Position numbers and translations under genes: made by a program
Assembly: GCA_048884965.1 (NCBI GenBank)
Contig: JBHLQH010000001.1
Location: forward strand, 128,001 to 192,000
From: Candidatus Thorarchaeota archaeon
GTDB lineage: Archaea; Asgardarchaeota; Thorarchaeia; Thorarchaeales; Thorarchaeaceae
DNA length: 64,000 nucleotides
Direction: 5' to 3'
Shown here: in pieces, positions 36,793-46,300 of the stretch
How positions within the stretch are numbered: position 1 is the first letter of the stretch
Layout: every line of letters begins with the position of its first letter
Notes under the pieces: generated by a model
Told to the model about the DNA's origin: nothing
The model's database searches: none
Seen by the model: the letters and a program-made list of their open reading frames with translations, nothing else

Positions 36793-38052
36793 ATGAGATT
36801 AGATATTGCTTATGGTGATGGATTCCTCCCACTTGATCCAACTCGATATAATGAATTTCAGATCATCAGTCCAAAGACTGCAGCTGGAATACAAGATATC
36901 GACCGTTACGTTCAGCATAGAGTAACTGAAACTGATATGTTTAGGGAACTCATCAAAGCTGATCCAAGCAAACACAATGTTATCATAGTCTTAGAAATGC
37001 CTCAGAGAATCATTCACCTAACTTCTATACTTGAGCCACTTGTTGATACTCTTCAAACCACCTCTCTAACTCCCTCTAATATTCAGTTCCTTCTTTGTGG
37101 GTCAAGTCACTATCAACTCGATCTAGATGAAACTGTACGATATCTTGGAAGATTCACCTCTGAAGGAAGTGAGATACATATTCATGATCCACATAATGAG
37201 AAAACATTGAGGTACATGGGTGATGAGCCCATTCGATCTATCCCTGTGCATCTCAATGCGAAGTATATTCATTCCACCTTTAGAATCACACTTAGCTCAG
37301 TTATGCAGAGTATCTTCACCGGTACGACTGGTGGCTTGCTCTCAATCGCTCCCGGTCTTTGCGGTAACAGGACTGCATACCACCTTGCAAAGCAGCTTGC
37401 TAGATATGAGTCATCAGTGTTCGAATGCAATCCTGAGTATCTCAGCATTCTACATTCAACAACTAACTTTGCTACACCACATTTGTATCTCAATCTAGTT
37501 CAAGATGTGAAGGGTACTATTGCTCATGTAGCTGCAGGTAAGGTTGATTCAGTTGCCAAGGAATGCAAAGATGTCGCACAGAATCTGGCAACCTCTGGAA
37601 TACGCAGACGAAGTGATGTCGCTGTGGTCGGTGCAGGAGGCAAAGGGTATGATTCCACATTATACGACGCTACCGAGAGTCTTCATGCTGCTTTCTCAGC
37701 AACGCGAACCGGTGGAACAATCCTTCTCGTTGCGGAATGCAAAGATGGCGTTGGTCCTGAAGGATTCTTAGAGGGGATGACAAACACGAAGACGGAATCA
37801 GAACTAAGGGTTATGGCTGAAACTAATTTCAAGATTGGTATGGAGCGAGCACGCTTTCTACGAAAAGTTATGGAATCTAGAGATCTCGTGATATGCTCAC
37901 GTCTTCGAGAGTCACTAGTTGTTGAAAAGATTGGATGTCCCGCGGTTCGTGATCCCCAAGAGGGATTGGACATGATTGTTAGATCAAATGGTACTAATTC
38001 ACGTATTGTGATAATTGAGCAAGCCCCTTTTGTTCATCCCATTGTGATTTGA
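36793..38052 (+). CDS. LarA (lactate racemase) superfamily protein, probably catalytically degenerate
   Basis: Overall LarA layout (I.YG, HDP, G.TGG..SIAPG, GG.GYD.TLY, GG.ILLVAEC.DG.G), but the conserved His/Lys residues appear substituted. Confidence 0.8.
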   Translation: MRLDIAYGDGFLPLDPTRYNEFQIISPKTAAGIQDIDRYVQHRVTETDMFRELIKADPSKHNVIIVLEMPQRIIHLTSILEPLVDTLQTTSLTPSNIQFLLCGSSHYQLDLDETVRYLGRFTSEGSEIHIHDPHNEKTLRYMGDEPIRSIPVHLNAKYIHSTFRITLSSVMQSIFTGTTGGLLSIAPGLCGNRTAYHLAKQLARYESSVFECNPEYLSILHSTTNFATPHLYLNLVQDVKGTIAHVAAGKVDSVAKECKDVAQNLATSGIRRRSDVAVVGAGGKGYDSTLYDATESLHAAFSATRTGGTILLVAECKDGVGPEGFLEGMTNTKTESELRVMAETNFKIGMERARFLRKVMESRDLVICSRLRESLVVEKIGCPAVRDPQEGLDMIVRSNGTNSRIVIIEQAPFVHPIVI

Positions 38053-38068
38053 TTGCAGACCATCTGTC

Positions 38069-38506
38069 CTATTTCTTCTTCGGAGTAGCAGCCTTCTTCT
38101 TCTCTTTTGGCTGAGACTTGGTTTTGGTTTCAGGTTTTGAGGATTTCTTGGCTTTGCTTTTTGGTTTTGGCTCAGACTTGCTCGCCTTCTTCTTTGGTTT
38201 CTCTTCCTTCTCATCAAAGAGAGCATCAACAGCGCCCAGAGCCCCTTTTGCTTCAGATTCCGTGAATACCTCTAAGTCGCCTGGTTTCGCAATCTGGATG
38301 GTGACAATAGCATTTTCTCCACAAGGTCGCATTTCCCATGACATCTCTACACCTGGTTGTTCTGATACGAACTGACCAAGCATTTGCATCCACGCATCCT
38401 TTACATCATCGATGTTGGTGTACAGGAATTCCATCAACGGGATAGATATTTCGACATTAAGGATTCGTCCATCAATGATGTGGTAATTTTCGATGTCCCA
38501 AGGCAA
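38069..38506 (-). CDS. Hypothetical protein with Lys-rich C-terminal tail
   Basis: ~100-aa globular part plus KEEKPKKKASKSEPKPKSKAKKSSKPETKTKSQPKEKKKAATPKKK. Confidence 0.7.
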   Translation of the reverse strand: MPWDIENYHIIDGRILNVEISIPLMEFLYTNIDDVKDAWMQMLGQFVSEQPGVEMSWEMRPCGENAIVTIQIAKPGDLEVFTESEAKGALGAVDALFDEKEEKPKKKASKSEPKPKSKAKKSSKPETKTKSQPKEKKKAATPKKK

Positions 38507-38568
38507 TGTCAGTGTCCCTCTGAAATATTTGCAATATGACGGCTAGATAAGTGTTCTTTGCTTTGAGT

Positions 38569-41500
38569 CTATTCTTCTCCATCCTCTTCTTTCTCTTTCT
38601 TCAGGAGAGATTCAACTTCTTTTAGGAACTCATCTCTAGGATCAGCATCCTCTGTTTCTGGTTCTTCTCCTACAATCTCTTCTGGTTTCGATTCACTATC
38701 GTCTTCTTCGGGAACAACGGGCTCTTCTTCTTCGCTCGTAGGTTCATCCAAGGGTTCAGACACTTCGTCATCATCTCCAGATACATCAGCAGGTTCCTCT
38801 ACAGCATCCACATCTGTGGTATCCTCGTGAGGTATTTCCTCTATTGGAGTTGGAGTGATTTGCATGTCCATATCTGAGCTTACAATACCCAGACCTTGCC
38901 GTTGCAAGAAGGTATGAATGCTTATTGGTTGGATGATTTCCTTCTCCTCAAGTCCAACTATAATATCAAGTATCTCTGCTTCTGTTTTTCCTAACATAGA
39001 TGAGAGTGGTTGGAGGTAGTCCTCAACGAGAAACTCTCTCTTGTTTCCAAGTGATGCTTGAATGTAATTGACTATCTTCTTCTCCGGTCCTGAGAGCTTC
39101 TTGTCAGGATGAAGTGTATGAGGTAGCATCCAGCTGTATCCCAAAGTGGAGATGAGATTGGAAACGATCCACTCTGGATCAAAGCAGTCCGTAATGCCGG
39201 TCCATCCATCGAGATGACTCTCATATTCATTCTCAAAAAGATCCACGAAGAATTGTAGTCTATCCCTCATGAGAACTGAGATTTCCTTATCAAGAATGAG
39301 GATACCAAGTACATATTCCCCACTGTAGCTATTGAGCCGCAGGCCTTGATATTGAATCTCCTCTAATGTGCCTTGCACACCGTCCCCTTTTATCTCTCCA
39401 TACACACTCGTTACCGCTGAGATGAACCCACTGATCAGGTCCGCCTGAATTCTTGCTTCTTTGAATGGATGATAGAACACACAAGTTCCTCTGTTTACGT
39501 ATACCGCCATGAAGTGCTGGACTGACTTGAGATCCTCAAAGTTCTTCAATTGCCTATCCAATGCTGCTCTACCAGCTCTCTTCTTTGGCTTAATCCTCTT
39601 GTTGTATCCAACTGATAGAATCGCCAATATCCCGATGCCAAGTAGCACATACCTTCCTTCCTCCACAAACCAGAATGACAAAACCTGTTCTATGGGGTCC
39701 AGATTAACTGGGATAGTATATGCTTTCGAAGCATCCCAATACACATAATCCTCGTTAATGCTTCCATCATAGAACACCTCGATAAGGATACTTGTCACCC
39801 GATTATCTGTAACCTGAGGGATGTCGAATGATACTGATGCCAGACCTTGAGCGTTTGTGCTATCTTGAACTGATACCAAAACACTTGTTCCATTATCATA
39901 ATTTACTGTGATATTGAATAGAAGTGTTCTGAGTTGAAGTGCTCTCTCAGTGTCATTCTCTCTGAGACGGGCATCAATGGAGATGGTGTTCCCTTGAAAT
40001 GCACTCCCTGAGAAACTTATACTGATGTAGACATAGGTCTTTGCTAGAACTCGGATGGAGATATCCTCAGTTGCGGGATTTGTACCATTTGCTAATGCTG
40101 AAATTGTTGCTGTATGGTAGTTTACTGTGAAATCAAGAACAAAGACTACGACATAATGTGACCCATTGAAGGTCATGGGGTATACTGTGCCCTCAATAGT
40201 TAGATTGACTGTTGCCCAATAGATAATCGTTCGATGGATATCATCAACAAATTCTACTGCAATCTCGATATCTTCAGTTTCATATTGACTATAAATTGGG
40301 CTGGTGACCACAATTTCTGTCGTCGCTCGAATTGTCAGATTAAGCTGAATTGAGGTTGTAACGAATCCGGTTTCTGTGAGTATTACTTGGATTTGATGTG
40401 TGCCCATGACTGCATCGGGGATAATAGCAACAGAATAGAGACCATTCCCGAGATGCGTCATAGTGAACTTAGAATCCAATAGCGTGACGGTCAGATTACT
40501 ATTCAAAATGGGATTGCCAAGGGAATCATGAGCTGAGACATTCAGCACTATGTTCGTTTCGTAGTCGGTGACCTCATGGTCAGACCACGAATCAGTGAGG
40601 ACTGGTACATCTTCCCATATGTCAAGGATGTTCTGAACACTTTTATTTCCATATCCGACTGCATCAGCAAAGACTGTGAATTCCCAGTAGCCGACACCAA
40701 TGTCACTACCTGGGAGGAGAGTATACCAAAGGCCATCAGATGAATTGTACTGCAAAGATATTGGAGTGGATACATTGAATTGAATTGTCAAGGTCGCAGC
40801 TGGAACAGGACTTCCTGAATAGGAATAGTTGGCAATAATCCTGAATGATTCAACATAGGTCATATCCTGATCTGATGGAGTGATTATGATCTCAAGTGAC
40901 GTGGCTGATTCCTCATATACATACAATTTCAGACTGCTATTGGCTTGAGATTCATGACCAAGCTTCCATGCATTCACTGTGAGATTGATCGTATCGGGAA
41001 AAGTTGAGAAATCAGTTCCATTGAATTGAATGGTGTAATTCTCAGCGACTGGATCCCATGTTAACGACCACGTCGAAGTTCCATCAGTGACATTTACTAT
41101 CGCATTTGCAATTGCAGTTCCATTGGCAAATCTATAGAGTATGGTGAGATTGGTACTCTGTAGATATGTTATGCCATTCTCTTGTGGATCCGTCCAATTG
41201 TATGTAAGGGCTAGTGTTTCATATGTTAATTCCACATCTATAGATAATGATTGATTCTCAATAGCGAAACCCTCTGCATATACAACAACTGAGTGTAACC
41301 CTGCGATCTCACCTGTTGTATCAATAACTGCTGTCCAAGTTCCATTTCCAAGGTCTGTTAATGATACATTGGATCCTGAATCATATGAATACACTACGCT
41401 TGCATATGTAGCAGTTAGAGGAGTTGGACTGAACGTATCCACAAAATCAACTCTAATCTCGAAGCTGCTGTCCGTGAAAGCTTCCATTTGGGTGTTACCG

Positions 41501-43113
41501 GTTAAGCTTGTTGGATAGTATACAAGAATTTCTTTTGTTAGGTAACCTGCTTCTGTGCCGTTCGTCCAGAACATCTCAAGAACGTAAGTGCCATTGGAAG
41601 AGACCCACGCATCAATATTCCAGAGATAGGAGAATCCCATAGCATAGGTTCGGTTTGGAGGATTATAGACCGCAGAGCCCTCGTATGTAGCTGTCAAATT
41701 CATAGATCCCGAATCAACGTCAGTGCCAATTCCATCCTCTACTATGGCCGTAATAGTGACTGTATCTTCAATACTTGCGATATCAGGCGATTGGATTTCT
41801 GTGATATAATTATCAGCTGTGTGTGATAAAGTCCATGTGCCATTCGTCATGCTTGAGCAAGTGACAGTTGTCCCTGAAACCGCATAGTTCCCATAGTTTG
41901 TGGAAGGTGTCGTACTATTGTACAATCCCGTGACTGACCAATCAAGAGGTCTTGTGAAGTTCATGTACCTGCTAATCGTTCCGCTTGTATTCGGGTATTG
42001 AATTGCTGCAGTGATATTCCATTCTATAGAATCGCCAGATGTCTGCACATCCCAAATTGTTGAAGCATCAAAGTTTCTCTTGTACCAAAGGGTGAGGTCA
42101 TATGTCATATCTATGGACTGATTTGTCTGAAAAGCAATTGAACTCAATCCTGCACCATTCAAAAATTCCCAAGAAGTTCCAGTAAGACCAGTTGAGTTAC
42201 CTAAAAGGGAAACCTCGTCAGCGCTGAAATATTTCAATGCGGCGTTGCTTGTTTGATTCCAAGGTGTGTACGTATAATTCAAGTTCGCTTCCCGACGATT
42301 TATTCCACTGTAAGGCCACCAAGCATCACCTCTTAGGTTATACAAAGTCTGAAGTCCCAAGAACGAATCGGTGGCTTCCCAATTTATCCGATTGAAATAC
42401 CATGTATCTACAATATATACTCCTGATAGCGCCGTTCCATCAATGACAACATAATATGTACTGCCGGAGGACAAGATTGCATTATCGCTAGAAACATCAT
42501 GAGTGTACAAAACAGCTGATGGATTTTGAGTGAATGGAGAAACCCAAGAAGTTTCATTTGTTGAACCATCAGAGTAGTCACTTCTGACGACCAACCATGC
42601 TTTTCCAAGAGAAGTAGTGTAATATGGCACTGCGTACTCTACAGTATAATTCTCCAGTCTTCCATCGTGGGGTTGATTGTAAAATGCTTGTGTAAGGGCA
42701 TCGGTAACCAGACCACTTGCATTTCGTATCATAATTGGTGTGGATGGATTAGGAGTTACACCTAATGACTCTCTTTCTGAAATAGCTGTCATATCGGTCA
42801 TGTCGATATCCGCTCTATAAAGCGTCCATCCAGAGATCACATATCCAGATAGATCTAAACTCCCCAGGTGTGTGAGATCTGAATATGAGTTTGATATTGT
42901 AGATGAGATGCCTGTTAGGACTCTAGACATATTTGCAGTAGCTTCAGTAGAGCTTCCCTGGCCTCCAGCTTGTGCAACTTGAAACAAAGCATCATTATCT
43001 ATTGAATCTAATGTAATTGCATTCATGATTCTGTCAGGTGATGATGTGATTGTAGGAATACATAGTATGACTAGGAACATTGCTGTTAGTGCAATAATAC
43101 GGTTTGACTTCAA
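38569..43113 (-). CDS. Giant single-pass surface protein: beta-rich head, short Ig-like stalk, TM helix, cytoplasmic longin-like domain, wHTH-like domain and acidic tail
   Basis: Signal peptide, many N-X-S/T sequons, TM helix YVLLGIGILAILSVGY, then ...GTCVFYHPF...DLISGFISAVTS...LEEIQY...G.YV.GILI.. (longin-like) and an E/D-rich C-terminus. Confidence 0.85.
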   Translation of the reverse strand: MKSNRIIALTAMFLVILCIPTITSSPDRIMNAITLDSIDNDALFQVAQAGGQGSSTEATANMSRVLTGISSTISNSYSDLTHLGSLDLSGYVISGWTLYRADIDMTDMTAISERESLGVTPNPSTPIMIRNASGLVTDALTQAFYNQPHDGRLENYTVEYAVPYYTTSLGKAWLVVRSDYSDGSTNETSWVSPFTQNPSAVLYTHDVSSDNAILSSGSTYYVVIDGTALSGVYIVDTWYFNRINWEATDSFLGLQTLYNLRGDAWWPYSGINRREANLNYTYTPWNQTSNAALKYFSADEVSLLGNSTGLTGTSWEFLNGAGLSSIAFQTNQSIDMTYDLTLWYKRNFDASTIWDVQTSGDSIEWNITAAIQYPNTSGTISRYMNFTRPLDWSVTGLYNSTTPSTNYGNYAVSGTTVTCSSMTNGTWTLSHTADNYITEIQSPDIASIEDTVTITAIVEDGIGTDVDSGSMNLTATYEGSAVYNPPNRTYAMGFSYLWNIDAWVSSNGTYVLEMFWTNGTEAGYLTKEILVYYPTSLTGNTQMEAFTDSSFEIRVDFVDTFSPTPLTATYASVVYSYDSGSNVSLTDLGNGTWTAVIDTTGEIAGLHSVVVYAEGFAIENQSLSIDVELTYETLALTYNWTDPQENGITYLQSTNLTILYRFANGTAIANAIVNVTDGTSTWSLTWDPVAENYTIQFNGTDFSTFPDTINLTVNAWKLGHESQANSSLKLYVYEESATSLEIIITPSDQDMTYVESFRIIANYSYSGSPVPAATLTIQFNVSTPISLQYNSSDGLWYTLLPGSDIGVGYWEFTVFADAVGYGNKSVQNILDIWEDVPVLTDSWSDHEVTDYETNIVLNVSAHDSLGNPILNSNLTVTLLDSKFTMTHLGNGLYSVAIIPDAVMGTHQIQVILTETGFVTTSIQLNLTIRATTEIVVTSPIYSQYETEDIEIAVEFVDDIHRTIIYWATVNLTIEGTVYPMTFNGSHYVVVFVLDFTVNYHTATISALANGTNPATEDISIRVLAKTYVYISISFSGSAFQGNTISIDARLRENDTERALQLRTLLFNITVNYDNGTSVLVSVQDSTNAQGLASVSFDIPQVTDNRVTSILIEVFYDGSINEDYVYWDASKAYTIPVNLDPIEQVLSFWFVEEGRYVLLGIGILAILSVGYNKRIKPKKRAGRAALDRQLKNFEDLKSVQHFMAVYVNRGTCVFYHPFKEARIQADLISGFISAVTSVYGEIKGDGVQGTLEEIQYQGLRLNSYSGEYVLGILILDKEISVLMRDRLQFFVDLFENEYESHLDGWTGITDCFDPEWIVSNLISTLGYSWMLPHTLHPDKKLSGPEKKIVNYIQASLGNKREFLVEDYLQPLSSMLGKTEAEILDIIVGLEEKEIIQPISIHTFLQRQGLGIVSSDMDMQITPTPIEEIPHEDTTDVDAVEEPADVSGDDDEVSEPLDEPTSEEEEPVVPEEDDSESKPEEIVGEEPETEDADPRDEFLKEVESLLKKEKEEDGEE

Positions 43114-43323
43114 TCTTCATCGCCTCACTGTCTTCCCCTTTTGAGATTGGAGCCATAACCAGCTTTCTGGTTCCTGAAGCTCAATCAAGGGTACTAGATG
43201 ATGCTGGTGGCATGTGTTATCACAAATGTCACATGGGTCCTAGAAACATGACGATTAGTGCTTATTTATAGCTATCCTGAACTAACTGCTTCGAAAAATA
43301 GATGACCATTTCATAATAGAAAG

Positions 43324-46300
43324 TCAATCTATAGTATCTGTATATCCAATCTTCCGAATCCTGCCTTCTCGTATCTCTACAACATCCACATTGTCGTTCA
43401 ATAGGTCATTTACTAGCTTTCGTGTTTTTGAAATGCTGAGATTAAGTTCTACAGATATTTCCTCTCGTGACAAAGGTTTGCCTGCTTCTTTAAGCAGACG
43501 AATTAGTTTGGATCCATCGTCGACCACCTCTTTTCCTTGAGGAGTTTCTCTAACAAATAGAGAAACAGTTGTCGAGATTCCTGCAGCAGCGAGAAATGCA
43601 CTTGTTGATGATTCATCGATTCCTGATATTTCATCTATTTCTCTCAGTGAATCAATTACATCTGGAATCAGTAATTCATTTTCTTTCGATATTTGGTATA
43701 CTGATTGAGCGATGTCCGGAGCATGTGAAATGGCTGGACCCGGTGTGAGCGAAGTCATATCGGTTCTGGAAGACAATCCCTCAACTCTCCTTCTTTTTCT
43801 TAGCAAGACTGCAGCAATGCCTACTGCTGCAACTCCTCCAACTGCTAGTGTGACTGTTAATGGTCCTGTAAGTGGAGTTGTGGGTTCAGGCGTGATTTGA
43901 ATGACACTGATTACAGTTGTCGATGATTCAACTGGCCATGCACTGATTTCTCCAGCAAAGATCGCTCTTACGAATATTTCATTACTATCCATTGGTACTG
44001 TGTAGCTAATAGTTATCCTTCCATCAGAACCTGTGGATAACATGAATCTCTCCTCTATTTCTGAGCCATTCAAGAACGCAATTCCGAGAATTATCTCTAT
44101 GACCTTATCCGATATTGGTTGCGAGTTATAGGTCAAAGAAGCGGAAATTGAAATCGCAGAGTCTTCTTCCGCCGCATCTGGATGTGACAGTGCAATTTCG
44201 TAAGCCATCTTTTCAAGGACTGTCAATGTTATGTTAAAATCTGAGACATCGAAGTCGCTAGCAATCGCCTGCAAGAATATCTGATATATGCCTGGAAGTA
44301 GATTCTCTGGCAATTCAAACTCTATTCGATACAGTTCCAAGACGGAATCAAACATCATCTGATATTCGTTTTCCTCAAACGTGAAAGAGAGAGATGCCCA
44401 TGTGACATTTGTGTCATGATATGCATCAACGAGAAATGCTGTGATAAGAAGAGATTCTTGTTCGTATTGGCTAATGCTCTGATCAGACACGATATTCAGT
44501 GGGAGGAGGTCGACCTGAATCTGTTGGATATAACCCATTGCTATGTATCCTTCTTTTGATAGATGAACCTCGATCGAATAGTTGCCAGCAGACAATGCTG
44601 TGCTGCTTACGAGAATTGAGTATACATTGTTAGCTAAGAGCTCGATTTCATATTCACCTTGCCATGATACTTGAATCGCAACATCATCTATGTTCTCATT
44701 AGTCCGAAGATCTCTATATTGAAGACGAAGTTCCAAAGTGTCATTCACATACAACCAGTCACTCCCTATGCTTACCAAAGTGGTTGGTATCAGATGAATA
44801 AACACATCGAATTGATAGAATTGTGAATCGAATCCTTCAGAACTTAGGTTAACTGTACATGAGTAATATCCAGCATCATGAATCAATCCAGGAATAGTAA
44901 AGGTCCAGTTGGTCATATCCCATGTTGCTAGAATTTCTGTTTGGTTGAGTTGGATGTACACGATTGTGTTGGGAATTGATGAACCATTAAGCATCTCATA
45001 GGATATCGATCCATTCACGAACCCATCAGCGTATATCGTCGTATTCGTATGGATCACACTGAAGGCGGTTGACGTAGCTATTACATCCAATGTGAGGAGT
45101 GATTCTATTGTATTGAACCAGCTTCCAGTAATTGATACATTCACTACATAGGTGCCAATAGATAGTTGGGGTCCAATTATTGTGGTGTAAATGCCTTGGC
45201 CTTCATTGAGTACAACAAGCATAAATGAGTTTAGAGATATTGTCACTGTGGCATCTGTAACAGGGTTTCCAGCTGATGAGTTGCATTCAATGCTTAGAGC
45301 TGCAGTTGATATATAGTCAATCGTCGACTCCGTCCAGTTTGAGGTGAATTGCAGAGTGTCCCTATAGACGGTAATTATCTTCCATTCGTTTCCTTCTTGC
45401 TGTCCCGTTCGATTTGCCCTTATTGTGGCGTTCCAAGTGCCCAAAGAGATGTCAAATCCTGAAAGAGTAATGTGCCACATCTGATCGGTGCTGCTATATT
45501 CCAAGGGGTAGGGTGAAGAACTATTCAAGACCAAGGTCACGGTCGCATCAAGTATGGGCTGGAAATCGCTTGTGTATATCACGGATATATTGAGCTCAGT
45601 GATGATATTCACATTTCCATCTGATGGTTCCCAGTAGACCAAGAATGAGTTGGATGCTAATGTCACATTAACATTGTATGTCGTGTTGGTGAACACTCCG
45701 AAACCATATTGCCATGCACTGATATAGGCTTCATAGACTCCTATTCCTATTTGTCGACCTAGAATAGAGATTTTCCAAGAACCCAGTGAATATGTCAGAT
45801 TATAGACAATGCTGTTAATGGTAACATTCACCGTTGCTGTATCTGGCACATCTCCATATGACGACAAGTAATCTACGGTGAGATTCAATAGATCCGTGTA
45901 TTCTATTGTGACATTCGATGGTTCCCATGTAAGAGATGATATAGCTGTTGAAACTACTGCAACAGTTACTATTGTTGTGTTCTCTTGGTACTCGTAACCA
46001 TACACCCAAGTTCTGATGAGAATCGCATGTGGTCCTAGATCAAGCATCACACCACTGAGGTTTGCAATCCAATAGTTGCCAGATGTATTGAGACCAATGG
46101 TATACCAGCCATCAATTGTGATATTTGCTGTCACAATCGTTTTACTAACATCTCTGAATGCATTGTCATCCCAGTATTGTGCTGTGAGATTTGCTTGTCC
46201 TAAGTAGTCGATTTCGACTGAATCCCATGTGACAAAGAGTGACGTAGGCACTTCTGTAATATTGTAGTGGAATCCATCTTTGAATGCGTAGTCGTAGCCT

